Shown: positions 21,618 through 31,615 of the stretch, one piece after another
Numbering within the stretch: the first letter of the stretch is position 1
Layout of the letters: each line of letters starts with the position of its first letter
Assembly (NCBI GenBank): GCA_965229605.1
Contig: OZ245892.1
Location: 1,608,102-1,672,101 of the forward strand
Length of the DNA stretch: 64,000 nucleotides
Origin: Alphaproteobacteria bacterium
Lineage (GTDB): Bacteria > Pseudomonadota > Alphaproteobacteria > CBDDJK01
Direction: 5' to 3'
Program-made: the position numbers and the translations under genes
The notes under the pieces: generated by a model
What the model was told of the DNA's origin: nothing
Database searches by the model: none
What the model saw: the letters and a program-made list of their open reading frames with translations, nothing else

Positions 21618-22121
21618 ATGGATATCCGTATAATCGCCATTGGCAAGTTCAAGCGCGGGCCCGAGCGCGATCTTTTCACCCATTATGCCACCCGAATTGG
21701 CCATAAATCCGCAGGCGGACCAAACTGGTCCTGCACCTTGATCGAATGTCCAGAGCCTCAGGTTGCAGACAGTGAACGCCGATTCCGCGAAGCCGGGTTG
21801 ATTGCTGACAAGCGGCGGCCTGTCACGCAACGCCCGGGCAAGCAGCGACCCCTTATGCCGCTTCTGGCCCTGGACGAGGGCGGAAAACAGGTCACCAGTA
21901 TCCAGCTGGCCAATCATCTGGAGCAATGGATGGAGTCTGGCGGCGTTGATATTGTGATTGGCGGGGCAGACGGGCTGGACCCGGCACTTGTTGAAAAAGC
22001 CGATCTGGTGATGGCTTTTGGGCGGGTGACCTGGCCGCATCTGCTGGTGCGCGGATTAATCGCCGAACAGCTTTATCGGGCCCGCATGATTCTGGCCAAT
22101 CACCCCTATCATCGGGCCTGA
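21618..22121 (+). CDS. rlmH: 23S rRNA (pseudouridine1915-N3)-methyltransferase RlmH
   Basis: The protein is 167 aa with a SPOUT fold, beginning MDIRIIAIGKFKRGP…. Confidence 0.8.
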   Translation: MDIRIIAIGKFKRGPERDLFTHYATRIGHKSAGGPNWSCTLIECPEPQVADSERRFREAGLIADKRRPVTQRPGKQRPLMPLLALDEGGKQVTSIQLANHLEQWMESGGVDIVIGGADGLDPALVEKADLVMAFGRVTWPHLLVRGLIAEQLYRARMILANHPYHRA

Positions 22122-22138
22122 TATCAGCCTCCTGAATA

Positions 22139-23407
22139 TTAGGCCCCTCTGGCCCGCAGACGACGTTCAAGGTCAAAAATCATCGGCAGCGCAAGCAATG
22201 TAACCGCACATGCAAGCAGCCCGACCAGCGCAATATTCTGAAGCTGTCCATCCCGCTCAACCAGTATAAACGAAGACATATAGGCCCCAAGCGCCATGGC
22301 CAGGCTCATCATGGTTGAATGTAGGGACATAAAGGCGCCGCGCTCCTCGGCTTTGGGGACGCGGGTTGCCGTTGCCTGCGCCGGAACCGTGCGCCCGGTC
22401 ATCGACACCATAAAGAGCACAAAGGGAATTGGTACCAGCAGGGAAGGCGATATTTCCACAAAATCTGTCCATAAGAATCCAAGCGTGATCGAGATAAAAT
22501 AGACAAAAGTGCCAAAAAGCAGCACGCTGGTTGCAGAGTATTTATCAGCAAAATTACCAGCAAGCCGCATGGTAAAGAAACTGGCAAATCCCCCGGCAAG
22601 ATAGAGGATTCCCAGCTGTTCGCGCGGATAGTCAAGATTCAACTGCAAATGGGCAGAAATATTTGGAATAACCAGAAAACCGGAGAAAAGCAGGATAAAA
22701 CTGACACCATAGGCCAGCATTGAATCAATATTTCTGGCCATCACCAGAATTCGCCGCACCCGCACCAGCAAGCTGCCCGGTTGACCAAGGGCCGCTTTCC
22801 ACGGCAAAAACCACCAGGTCATCAATAGAGCAAAGAGTGCCAAAGCCGCGATTGCAAAGAAAGACGCTTGCCAGCCCAGCCATTTGGAAATTTCAAGCCC
22901 GATAGGCACGCCCAGCACCGAAGCCGCCGCAAAAGCCCCGGATAATTTTCCCATGGCCTGACCCCGTCGTTCTGGCGGGACATAATCGGCGACAAGCGCA
23001 AGGGCAAGGGCCCCAATCGGGCCGCCAAAAATGCCTGCCGCAATACGCGCCGCAATCATGGTGCCTTTGTCAACAGCAAGCCCGCAGGCAAATGTTGCGA
23101 CTGCCAGCCCGCAAAGACAAAAAATAATCGCCTGACGGCGGGTATAATGATCAAGATAGAGGGCCGCAGCCAAAGCGGTTGCTGCCGAGGCAAAACTGTA
23201 AACCCCGGCAATCATGCCAATGTCCTGCATCGGGATGAAAAGATGTTTTGAAAAATCCGGCCCAAGCGGCAGGACGATCATGAAATCAACAATATTCACA
23301 AACTGGATCAGAGCCGCGATAAAAATGATCCGCTCCTCAGATATATTTGGGGCTGATATGTTTTTGGCTGGCATGTTTTTGTGGCGATCAGCCGCCTGCT
23401 CGCTCAT
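22139..23407 (-). CDS. MFS transporter
   Basis: The protein is 422 aa with about 12 predicted TM helices and typical MFS loops (…GGPIGALALALVADYVPPERRGQAMG…). Confidence 0.7.
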   Translation of the reverse strand: MSEQAADRHKNMPAKNISAPNISEERIIFIAALIQFVNIVDFMIVLPLGPDFSKHLFIPMQDIGMIAGVYSFASAATALAAALYLDHYTRRQAIIFCLCGLAVATFACGLAVDKGTMIAARIAAGIFGGPIGALALALVADYVPPERRGQAMGKLSGAFAAASVLGVPIGLEISKWLGWQASFFAIAALALFALLMTWWFLPWKAALGQPGSLLVRVRRILVMARNIDSMLAYGVSFILLFSGFLVIPNISAHLQLNLDYPREQLGILYLAGGFASFFTMRLAGNFADKYSATSVLLFGTFVYFISITLGFLWTDFVEISPSLLVPIPFVLFMVSMTGRTVPAQATATRVPKAEERGAFMSLHSTMMSLAMALGAYMSSFILVERDGQLQNIALVGLLACAVTLLALPMIFDLERRLRARGA

Positions 23408-23416
23408 GGTATCTTC

Positions 23417-23917
23417 TCATAAGCTCGCGGCAAATTGATCAAGCCGGGCATTGACCAGACCAACCGCGCCCGGGTCAAAAAAAGACGCCGCCAGACTGAC
23501 ATATTCGTTGATGATCACCGCCTGATCAAGGCCAGCCGGGGTACTCAATTCTTCAATCGCCAAAAGGATCAAGGCATCCAGCAAGGGCTCCGGGGCCGAC
23601 TTCCCAAGCGGGGTCAAAGATTCCAAAGCCGCCGTATGGGCCGGATGATTTTCACTCACCCCGCGCAGCAAACGCAAAAACAGGCTTTTATTGGCTTTTA
23701 AGTCATCGGCAAGCGCAAGCGCGCGGTGCTCATCCGGGAATAAACTGATCTGGGCACGGTAGTGGTCCTCGGCGGCCTGTTCCTCAAGCTGCGCCAGCGT
23801 CACGCCCGTCAAACGCATCTGGTAGAAACTTTGCAGGGCCAGCAGCCGTGCGGCCCGAAAAGCAGACGCAGCCTGCCCCCCCTTGACTGAACGGGCCGAA
23901 CGGGCGGAACTGGTCAT
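23417..23917 (-). CDS. nusB: transcription antitermination factor NusB
   Basis: The protein is 166 aa; …RAARLLALQSFYQM… is a NusB-family motif. Confidence 0.7.
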   Translation of the reverse strand: MTSSARSARSVKGGQAASAFRAARLLALQSFYQMRLTGVTLAQLEEQAAEDHYRAQISLFPDEHRALALADDLKANKSLFLRLLRGVSENHPAHTAALESLTPLGKSAPEPLLDALILLAIEELSTPAGLDQAVIINEYVSLAASFFDPGAVGLVNARLDQFAASL

Positions 23918-23931
23918 AAAATATTACAAAA

Positions 23932-25725
23932 TCAATAGACCCGCGCTTTAGGCGGGATGGGCGCAATATCGTTGCTCAGCGGCAGACTGTTGACCGGACG
24001 ATAATCAAACATAACCTCGCCTTTTTCATTGCACCAGGCCAGCGTATGTTTCATCCAGTTTTCATCATCGCGGTCCTGGAAATCTTCGCGGGCATGCGCC
24101 CCGCGCGATTCAGTCCGGTTCGCCGCACTTTTAACGGTTACCATCGCTTGCGGGATCAGATTTTCAAACTCCAGCGTTTCCATTAAATCCGTATTCCAGA
24201 TCATGGAGCGGTCATTGACCCGGATATCACCACGCTGCGCCCATATTTCTTCCAGCTTCTTTGCCCCTTCGTCCAATGTGTCGCCTGTTCGGAAGACAGC
24301 ACAATTTTCCTGCATGACCTTCTGCATGGCCAGGCGCATTTGTGCGGTCCCGACCTCCCCTTTTGCATGGCGCAGATCATCAAAGCGGGACAGGACGAAA
24401 TCAGTGCTAAAGGAAGCCGGTTCATGCACGGGCCCGCCGGGTTTCACCGTTTCTGCACAGCGATTGGCAACCGCTCGCCCGAATACGACAAGATCAAGCA
24501 GCGAATTTGACCCCAGACGATTGGCCCCATGCACCGACACACAGGCCGATTCCCCGGCTGCCATCAGGCCAGCAACCCGCGTGTTGGGATCACCGTCTTT
24601 CATTGTGATCACTTCGCCATGATAATTGGTCTGCAGCCCGCCCATATTATAATGACAGGTCGGCAAAACCGGAATTGGCTCACGCGTCACATCAACGCCA
24701 GCAAAAATATTGGCTGTTTCAGCAATTCCGGGCAACCGCTCGTTAATGACATCGGCATCCAGATGCTCCAGATGCAAATGAATATGGTCCTGATTTTTGC
24801 CAACGCCCCGGCCTTCGCGCACTTCAATCGTCATCGAACGCGAGACCACATCACGCGAAGCCAGATCCTTTGCCGACGGCGCATAGCGTTCCATGAAACG
24901 TTCACCCGCCTGATTGGTCAGATAGCCGCCTTCCCCGCGCACCCCTTCGGTGATCAGACAGCCTGCGCCGTAAATACCGGTCGGGTGGAACTGGACAAAT
25001 TCCATATCCTGCATTGGAATGCCAGCCCGCAAGGCCATGCCGCCGCCGTCTCCGGTGCAGCTATGGGCCGAGGTTGCCGAGAAATAGGCCCGTCCATAGC
25101 CCCCGGTTGCCAGCACCGTTTCTTTGGCCATAAAGCGATGCAGGGACCCGTCATCCAGGCACCAGGCCAGAACCCCGCAGACCTCTCCATCAGACGACAT
25201 CAAGAGATCAATGGCAAAATATTCGATATAAAATTCTGCCTGATGCTTTAACGACTGCTGATAGAGGGTATGCAAGATTGCATGTCCTGTCCGGTCGGCT
25301 GCGGCGCAAGTCCGCATGGCAGGGGGGCCTTCGCCATATTCGGTTGTCATACCGCCAAAGGGACGCTGATAGATTTTGCCTTCTTCGGTGCGGCTGAACG
25401 GAACCCCGTAATGTTCCAGCTCGATAATCGCCGGAGAGGCTTCGCGCACCATATATTCGATTGAATCCTGATCGCCCAGCCAGTCAGAGCCTTTTACCGT
25501 ATCATACATATGCCAGCGCCAGTCATCGGGTCCCATATTGCCAAGGGCGGCAGAGATTCCACCTTGTGCGGCAACGGTATGGCTACGGGTTGGAAATAAT
25601 TTGGTGATACAGGCAGTCCGCAATCCCTTTTGGGCGAGGCCAAAAGTCGCGCGCAAGCCCGCTCCTCCGGCACCGACAACAATGACATCATAGTAATGGT
25701 CTGTAAGAGGATAGGATTCAGCCAT
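23932..25725 (-). CDS. sdhA: succinate dehydrogenase flavoprotein subunit
   Basis: The protein is 597 aa, with FAD-binding …[15 protein letters not shown]… and FAD-His …[10 protein letters not shown]…. Confidence 0.95.
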   Translation of the reverse strand: MAESYPLTDHYYDVIVVGAGGAGLRATFGLAQKGLRTACITKLFPTRSHTVAAQGGISAALGNMGPDDWRWHMYDTVKGSDWLGDQDSIEYMVREASPAIIELEHYGVPFSRTEEGKIYQRPFGGMTTEYGEGPPAMRTCAAADRTGHAILHTLYQQSLKHQAEFYIEYFAIDLLMSSDGEVCGVLAWCLDDGSLHRFMAKETVLATGGYGRAYFSATSAHSCTGDGGGMALRAGIPMQDMEFVQFHPTGIYGAGCLITEGVRGEGGYLTNQAGERFMERYAPSAKDLASRDVVSRSMTIEVREGRGVGKNQDHIHLHLEHLDADVINERLPGIAETANIFAGVDVTREPIPVLPTCHYNMGGLQTNYHGEVITMKDGDPNTRVAGLMAAGESACVSVHGANRLGSNSLLDLVVFGRAVANRCAETVKPGGPVHEPASFSTDFVLSRFDDLRHAKGEVGTAQMRLAMQKVMQENCAVFRTGDTLDEGAKKLEEIWAQRGDIRVNDRSMIWNTDLMETLEFENLIPQAMVTVKSAANRTESRGAHAREDFQDRDDENWMKHTLAWCNEKGEVMFDYRPVNSLPLSNDIAPIPPKARVY

Positions 25726-25749
25726 AGCGCACCCTGTTTTTCATACTGA

Positions 25750-26145
25750 TTAAAGAAGAACAAGCAGCAAGGCCCAGAGACCCGCCGCCGCAAAAGCCAC
25801 GGACAGAAGTTTGACGCCATAGACCAGCGCGATTTTAACCGCTGGCTGATGGACGTAATCCTCAATCACGACTTGCAAGCCAAGTTGGGCATGATGAAAT
25901 CCGGCGATCAGGAACAGGGCAACAACAAGCCCGTTAAATGGAACCTCTATCCATGCAGACAAGGTTGCATAATCGGCTCTGGACAGCGCACTCAAGCAAA
26001 CCACCAGATAGAATGTCAGCGGAACCAGCGCAACGGCTGTCACGCGCTGAATGATAAAATGATGTGTGCCTGACTTGCCACTACCCAGCCCGCGTACGCG
26101 GGCGAGTGCAGATTGTTGATTAGCTTGATCGGTTTCGCTGCTCAT
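25750..26145 (-). CDS. sdhD: succinate dehydrogenase hydrophobic membrane anchor subunit
   Basis: The product is small and hydrophobic and sits between sdhC and sdhA. I chose the start at MSSETDQ, 4 nt after the sdhC stop; the alternative is 26184. Confidence 0.6.
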   Translation of the reverse strand: MSSETDQANQQSALARVRGLGSGKSGTHHFIIQRVTAVALVPLTFYLVVCLSALSRADYATLSAWIEVPFNGLVVALFLIAGFHHAQLGLQVVIEDYVHQPAVKIALVYGVKLLSVAFAAAGLWALLLVLL

Positions 26146-26149
26146 CGCT

Positions 26150-26536
26150 TTATCCAAAAACCCCATAGCCCACAAGCCAGGCAATCAAGGTGAGAACAGC
26201 TGCCACAATCACGCTTGCATGACCACTACGCCGGGACTGGATCAAGCCAAAGCCAAGGCCGAAATCCCACGCCAGATGGCGAATGCCATTGCACAGATGA
26301 TAGAATAAAGAAAAGCTCCAGCCCAGCAGGAAGAACTGCCCGACCCAGTGCCCCAGAATGGCCTGCGCCAGTGCAAAATTCTCAGGTCCCGATCCTAATG
26401 CCAGCAACCAGGCCACCATAGCAATCAATCCACCAGAAAGGGCAATGCCTGTTGCCCGGTGGAGGATCGAATAGATCATCGTCCATTCTCGCCGATAAAT
26501 ACCGAGATGGGGCGAAAGAGGTCTGGTATGGCTCAT
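26150..26536 (-). CDS. sdhC: succinate dehydrogenase cytochrome b556 subunit
   Basis: MSHTRPLSPHLGIYRREWTMIYSILHRATGIAL is the canonical SdhC N-terminus. Confidence 0.75.
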   Translation of the reverse strand: MSHTRPLSPHLGIYRREWTMIYSILHRATGIALSGGLIAMVAWLLALGSGPENFALAQAILGHWVGQFFLLGWSFSLFYHLCNGIRHLAWDFGLGFGLIQSRRSGHASVIVAAVLTLIAWLVGYGVFG

Positions 26537-26658
26537 TGGATATTCCAAGGATTAAAAGACTGGTTTCTATAGCATGATATGCTGAAAATTCAAATTACTA
26601 TGACCCGCCTCACCCTTTAATGCAAGTCCTCTTTAATGCGATTCCTCTGCGAAAAACC

Positions 26659-27621
26659 CTAGCCGGGGTTATAGACCCGGTCGGCCTCTGGATCGCCCGT
26701 TTCATAGCCTAAGCCCTTGATTTGCTGCCATGCCGCATCGGGAATATCCAGGGTTGCCCAGGCCAGAGTCTGGTCTATACGCTCCGGCTTGGTGATGCCA
26801 ATCAGCGTAGAGGTAATGCGCGGGTCCTTCATGGAAAATTGCAAAGCCGCCGCACCGGTTGGAACATTGTGATTGGCGCATATGGCCTCCAAAGCCTTGA
26901 CCGGGGCAAGCTTTTCTTCATTGGCATCCTGATAGGTAACCCGTGGCATAACCGCGCTGCCCTTGGCCAAAACACCCCCCGCAAAAGGGGCCGCATTCAA
27001 GATCGCAATGTTCTTTTCTGCCGCATAGTCAAACATTTCACCCGCCGAACGATTGAGCAGACTATAGCGGTTATGGCTGATCAGCGCATCAAAATCATAG
27101 GACTTCAAAAGAGGAAACATGATATCAATCCGCCCCATCGCCAGACCAACCGCCTTGGCAAGCCCTTCTTCTTTCAGTTTTAAAAGCTCTTCAATCGCGC
27201 CGCCGTCGCAGGTAATTTCTTCAAGATCACGCGCATGCTCGGGGTCATGAAAATGCAACAAGGGCACCCGATCAAGGCCAAGCCGCCCCAGACTTTCTTC
27301 AAGCGACTGGCGCACCCGGGCTTTATCAAAACGGCCTGTTGCCATCTCGCGGTCAAGCTTGGTGGCCAGCACAAATCCTTCCGGCAAACCACCATATTCA
27401 CGAATGGCCTTGCCAATCCGTTCCTCGCTGCGACCAAACCCGTAATTATTGGACGTATCAAGGAAATTAACCGGCCCGTCCAAAATCTTCAAAATCGTGT
27501 CAATCGCTTGGCGCTCCGACACTTCATAGCCATAGGTCTCTGGCATGTCGCCAAGACTGGAGGTGCCAAAACAAAGCGGGGTAACCTGCAATCCAGTCTG
27601 ACCAATGCGTCGCTGTTCCAT
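26659..27621 (-). CDS. aldo/keto reductase family oxidoreductase
   Basis: The protein is 320 aa; MEQRRIGQTGLQVTPLCFGTSSLG… is an AKR fold signature. Confidence 0.8.
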   Translation of the reverse strand: MEQRRIGQTGLQVTPLCFGTSSLGDMPETYGYEVSERQAIDTILKILDGPVNFLDTSNNYGFGRSEERIGKAIREYGGLPEGFVLATKLDREMATGRFDKARVRQSLEESLGRLGLDRVPLLHFHDPEHARDLEEITCDGGAIEELLKLKEEGLAKAVGLAMGRIDIMFPLLKSYDFDALISHNRYSLLNRSAGEMFDYAAEKNIAILNAAPFAGGVLAKGSAVMPRVTYQDANEEKLAPVKALEAICANHNVPTGAAALQFSMKDPRITSTLIGITKPERIDQTLAWATLDIPDAAWQQIKGLGYETGDPEADRVYNPG

Positions 27622-27667
27622 TTCCTTAATCCTTATGATGATTATATGCTGTCAATGCCGCTCTTTT

Positions 27668-28804
27668 TCACTTTTCCACCAGAGCCTGTTCAACAAATTG
27701 ATTGAACTTGTCCAATGCCCCTTCAAATCGCCCAAAAGTGAGGTGTTGATTGACCATGCTGCTTAATCCGGCTTGTATATTCTCTCCAATATCAAAATCC
27801 TCGCGCAGGGTTGTGGTGGTAATCGCATGGTTGCGCGCCCAATGATCATCCGATGAGTCCTGCGAATGAGGCACCAGCGTGCGCAGACAAACCTCTGTCT
27901 GGCTTTCACTTAACGGGCTGAAATTGAGCCAGGCGATATGGTCCTGCATCACCAAAAACTGATTGCAGGGAAAGATTGTATACAAAATATTGGCATGGTC
28001 CCGCAGTGACCAGCTTTCCCGGGGTTGATCTGCCAGTTTGGAAAGCGTTTCGCGTGGCAAGATAGAGCGCAAATGCCAGTCAAAAACCTGATAACTTGAC
28101 AGATTATCAATAAAATGCGGGCCAATCGTCTGGCGGTGCGCAACTTTGAAATGATAGGCTTCAAGCCCGCCTTCAATCAAAATTTTCCAGTTTGCGCCGT
28201 AAGTCCAGGATGTTTTTGCCGCAACACGATAATCATTAAGGGAAAGCCAGCCCAGCAAATCCTCTATCGGATCAAAGAAACCGCGATCAATCGGCAGAGC
28301 TTCCCGGTTTGGCGCAACCCATATAAGACCAAGTTTTTCAACCACCGCCAAAGGATGCAAGCCATAACGGGTCTGGTCAAGCGTTGGAAACCCGGTTGCG
28401 CCATGCGGCACCCGGCGCAGTGTTCCATCGGTTTCATAGGTCCAGGCGTGATAGGGGCAGGAAAAGAGTTTTTTCTGCCCGGTCTGTTCCGCCACCAGTT
28501 TGGAGCCGCGATGGCGACAGACATTTAGAAAAGCCCGTACAACCCCGTCTTTACCGCGTGATATAAGCACGGGAAGCCCGGCGAGTTGGCAGGTGACAAA
28601 ATCATAGGCACGGGCAAGTTCACTGGCATGGAAGCAGGCAAGCGGATATGTGCGAAAAACAAGGTCCTGTTCGGCCTGAAACCGCTCTGGCGAGATATAG
28701 CGTTCAACGGGTGAAAGCGCGACCTCACTATCAACAAAGGGCGATTTCTGCGCTTGCAAATCAATCAGTTCAGCCAGCAGGTCTTGCCTGGTTTTTTTGT
28801 CCAT
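27668..28804 (-). CDS. Rieske [2Fe-2S] non-heme-iron oxygenase alpha-subunit-like protein
   Basis: The Rieske motif CRHRGSKL…CPYHAW is present. At 378 aa it matches the size of the GbcA/CntA/Stc2-like monooxygenase clade. Confidence 0.75.
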   Translation of the reverse strand: MDKKTRQDLLAELIDLQAQKSPFVDSEVALSPVERYISPERFQAEQDLVFRTYPLACFHASELARAYDFVTCQLAGLPVLISRGKDGVVRAFLNVCRHRGSKLVAEQTGQKKLFSCPYHAWTYETDGTLRRVPHGATGFPTLDQTRYGLHPLAVVEKLGLIWVAPNREALPIDRGFFDPIEDLLGWLSLNDYRVAAKTSWTYGANWKILIEGGLEAYHFKVAHRQTIGPHFIDNLSSYQVFDWHLRSILPRETLSKLADQPRESWSLRDHANILYTIFPCNQFLVMQDHIAWLNFSPLSESQTEVCLRTLVPHSQDSSDDHWARNHAITTTTLREDFDIGENIQAGLSSMVNQHLTFGRFEGALDKFNQFVEQALVEK

Positions 28805-28818
28805 TCTCGTGCTGCCAG

Positions 28819-30348
28819 CTATTCGGATTCTTTAAGGCGGGCTTCCAGAAGATGTCGCTGCACTTTGCCGCTGGTTGAGCGCGGAAATTCACCGAAGCCA
28901 ATAAAATGGATGTCACGCGGATGTTTATAGCGGGCAAGCGATTGATCGCATAATTTGCGCAAGCGGGCTTCCGTGACAGTGGAATCCTCCCGCGCGACAA
29001 AGGCCACCGGCGTTTCCCCCCATTTGGGATCAGGGGCCTTGACAACGCCAGCTTCCAAAACACCAGGATCAGACAGCAAGATACGTTCTATTTCAGCCGG
29101 ATAGACATTTTCGCCCCCGGTCTTGATCAGATATTTGGCCCGGTCAACAAAATCCAGTGTGCCATCGGCGTGACGTTTGAATACATCACCCATATGAAAC
29201 CAGCCGCCGGAAAAAGCCTCTTCATTAACGGCAGGCGCATTCCAATAGCCTGAAAAGACGGTTGGCCCCCTGATCAAAAGCTCGCCGGGTTCCTCTAAAG
29301 CCGCTGATTCACCATCTGCATTTTCCAGCCGGATTTCGCAAAAGCTGCTTTGAATTTTGGACAGGCTTTGTGGCACCACGCCGGGTGCAATAATCCCCCG
29401 GCTGGCAGGCGGGATACCGGTTTCGGTGGCCCCGAATGTATTGCGATAGGGCGCATTCAATAGTTTGGTGACGGCAGCAAGCTGGTGCGGTGGCACCAAA
29501 TCAGCCATCGCCCCGCAAGCGGTCACCCCGGCAAGCCGGAAGCTTGGTCGTGCCAGGGCGCCTTCCAGGGCCGCAGTGAAACCTTCGATCATACCGGGGA
29601 TAAGGACGAGCCAGCCGATTTGATAATGTTTCAAGGCGGTCAAAATCGCCTGCACATCATAGCCATCAATAACAATCACCGCCCCGCCACGCAGCAGGGT
29701 CGCCAGTCCCTGATCGGTTGAGACCATATGAAAGAAAGGAGCCCAGGCGATAAAATGCCGGTCTGCGGGAATGTTAAATTCGGACCCGAAGACTTGGGCG
29801 CGGGCAATCATGGCGCGATGGCTAATTACTGCCCCTTTAGGCAGCCCGGTTGTGCCGCTGGTATAAAGGATGACCAGCCCGCTTTCCGGGTCAATCGGGC
29901 GCGGGCGAAAATCCACCGGATCACAGGCGGCAATCTTTTTGTCCAGTGCTGCGTCAATGAGAAGGACAGGCCGGTCAACCGCTGTGCTTAGAACCGGGGC
30001 CAGTTCCGGCTGGCTGATCAAGAGGGTCGGGTCAACCAGTTCAACACAATGGTGCAGTTCCGGGCCGGAAAGCCGCCAGTTGAGACAAGCGACAATGGCC
30101 CCTATCGCCCCGGCTGCCAGGAGCATTTCAACATAAAACGGGGAATTATGGGATAAAAGGGCGATGCGGTCGCCGGGCTTGACGTTGCGGGCTTCAAGGA
30201 AAAGGGCCAGCTTTTGAACCCGTTGCAAAAGATCAGCGTAGCTGGTTTGCTGATCCCCATAAATAAGAGCAGGTCGGTCCGGCACGCTGGCAGCCTGCGC
30301 CGAAAACAGGTCAAAGAGACTGGTCTTTCCAACTGTGTCTATGGACAA
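28819..30348 (-). CDS. AMP-dependent synthetase/ligase (acyl-CoA synthetase family)
   Basis: …ILYTSGTTGLPKGAVISHRA… is the adenylate-forming motif I. The protein is 509 aa. Confidence 0.8.
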   Translation of the reverse strand: MSIDTVGKTSLFDLFSAQAASVPDRPALIYGDQQTSYADLLQRVQKLALFLEARNVKPGDRIALLSHNSPFYVEMLLAAGAIGAIVACLNWRLSGPELHHCVELVDPTLLISQPELAPVLSTAVDRPVLLIDAALDKKIAACDPVDFRPRPIDPESGLVILYTSGTTGLPKGAVISHRAMIARAQVFGSEFNIPADRHFIAWAPFFHMVSTDQGLATLLRGGAVIVIDGYDVQAILTALKHYQIGWLVLIPGMIEGFTAALEGALARPSFRLAGVTACGAMADLVPPHQLAAVTKLLNAPYRNTFGATETGIPPASRGIIAPGVVPQSLSKIQSSFCEIRLENADGESAALEEPGELLIRGPTVFSGYWNAPAVNEEAFSGGWFHMGDVFKRHADGTLDFVDRAKYLIKTGGENVYPAEIERILLSDPGVLEAGVVKAPDPKWGETPVAFVAREDSTVTEARLRKLCDQSLARYKHPRDIHFIGFGEFPRSTSGKVQRHLLEARLKESE

Positions 30349-30408
30349 AACCGGACCCTCTCCTGCAAATGCTGTTTACTATATACCACACGCCTTTTTA
30401 TCGGCGCG

Positions 30409-30741
30409 TTATCTAATAGGGCCATCCCCTCCAGAGGGTGGGGGCAGACCAATCAAAATATCGCGCGGATCAGACAGGCCTTGCTGCCGTGCCAGTTCTT
30501 CCAGCAGATCAAGGTCCAGGGCCTTGCCATCAAGGCTGCGGACCTGAAATTCAAGCTGCTGGCGTTCGGCCTCCAGCCCGGTTAAATGGCTGCGGGCCAC
30601 GCCCACCTCGTCCTTCAACCGCTGCATCGATAAAAACCCGTAATTCCCTTGCAGGGTATGATACAGCATATAGCCGCAGATACACAACCCGATAAAAGGA
30701 AAGGCGGCAGTCCGGCAGATTTTTCGCAGTCTATACAGCAT
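30409..30741 (-). CDS. septum formation initiator (FtsB/DivIC-like) family protein
   Basis: The protein is 110 aa with an N-terminal TM segment followed by a coiled coil (…LKDEVGVARSHLTGLEAERQQLEFQVRSL…). Confidence 0.4.
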   Translation of the reverse strand: MLYRLRKICRTAAFPFIGLCICGYMLYHTLQGNYGFLSMQRLKDEVGVARSHLTGLEAERQQLEFQVRSLDGKALDLDLLEELARQQGLSDPRDILIGLPPPSGGDGPIR

Positions 30742-30803
30742 AACTCTGTATGCTGAAGTTTTAAACGCAAGTCAATATAAATAAAAAGCACGAATATTTA
30801 AAA

Positions 30804-31487
30804 TTACTTGGATTGAGCTCCCTCCACCTGGCTGGCCAGGGCTTTCATCTGCAGATCAAAGCCATCTTGAATATGGTCAATAAAGGCTTCAAGGGCTGCT
30901 GTCTTGTCTCCGGTCGCAACGATATCAACCAGTTCCATATGCGAACCAAGTGAGTCCTCTAAATTCACATTCTCGATAGCTGCAAAAAGACAAAAGGCCA
31001 TTGCCTTTCCCCAGATCATATCGAACATCTCCAGCAAGAACCGGTTGCCCGCCAACTCAATAAAGGCGCGATGAATGTTGCGATTGGCATCAAAATAGGC
31101 TTTGGCTGTTTTGTCTTTGACGGCTTCTTCGCGCTGTACGGTTGCCCTTAGAAAGTCGATGTCTTTTTGGGTATGATTGACGGCTACAATGCGGGCGCAC
31201 TGCCCCTCAATCGCGGCTCTTGACTGGTAGAGCTCGCGTATTTCCTGCGCATCCATCTGATAGAGGCGAAAGCTGCCTCTGGAGGAAACCTCCAGCACAC
31301 CTTCTTGCTCAAGACGCAGAAGGGCTTCGCGCACAGGGGTGCGGCTTATATGCATGTCAGCGGCGATTTTCTCTTGAATCAGGCTATCGGCAGGCCCGAT
31401 TTCCTGATTCATAATGGCATTAATCAGCTGATGATAGACTTCGTCGGCAAGGCGTGTGCGCTGTGGCTGGACAGTTTTGAATTTCAT
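30804..31487 (-). CDS. GntR-family transcriptional regulator (FadR/FCD C-terminal domain)
   Basis: The start MKFKTVQPQRTRLADEVYHQLINAIM… leads into a wHTH (…ISRTPVREALLRLEQEGVL…) and an FCD domain. It is divergent from the amine-catabolic operon. Confidence 0.8.
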   Translation of the reverse strand: MKFKTVQPQRTRLADEVYHQLINAIMNQEIGPADSLIQEKIAADMHISRTPVREALLRLEQEGVLEVSSRGSFRLYQMDAQEIRELYQSRAAIEGQCARIVAVNHTQKDIDFLRATVQREEAVKDKTAKAYFDANRNIHRAFIELAGNRFLLEMFDMIWGKAMAFCLFAAIENVNLEDSLGSHMELVDIVATGDKTAALEAFIDHIQDGFDLQMKALASQVEGAQSK

Positions 31488-31579
31488 AGCAAACCGGCTT
31501 TCGTTGAGTTTTCTGTCGTATACAGTATCCAGAGATACAATCGCAAGCATAATTCAAAATAGAGCTTGAAGATTTGCGC

Positions 31580-31595
31580 ATACTGTATACAGTAT
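31580..31595. promoter_or_regulatory. perfect 16-bp palindrome ATACTGTATACAGTAT, a candidate GntR-family operator
   Basis: It carries a GT-N-AC FadR/GntR-type core, lies in the divergent gntR / mgsA-like intergenic region, and overlaps the promoter and RBS region. Confidence 0.55.
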
Positions 31596-31615
31596 ACAAG
31601 AAAGGAGAATTTACG

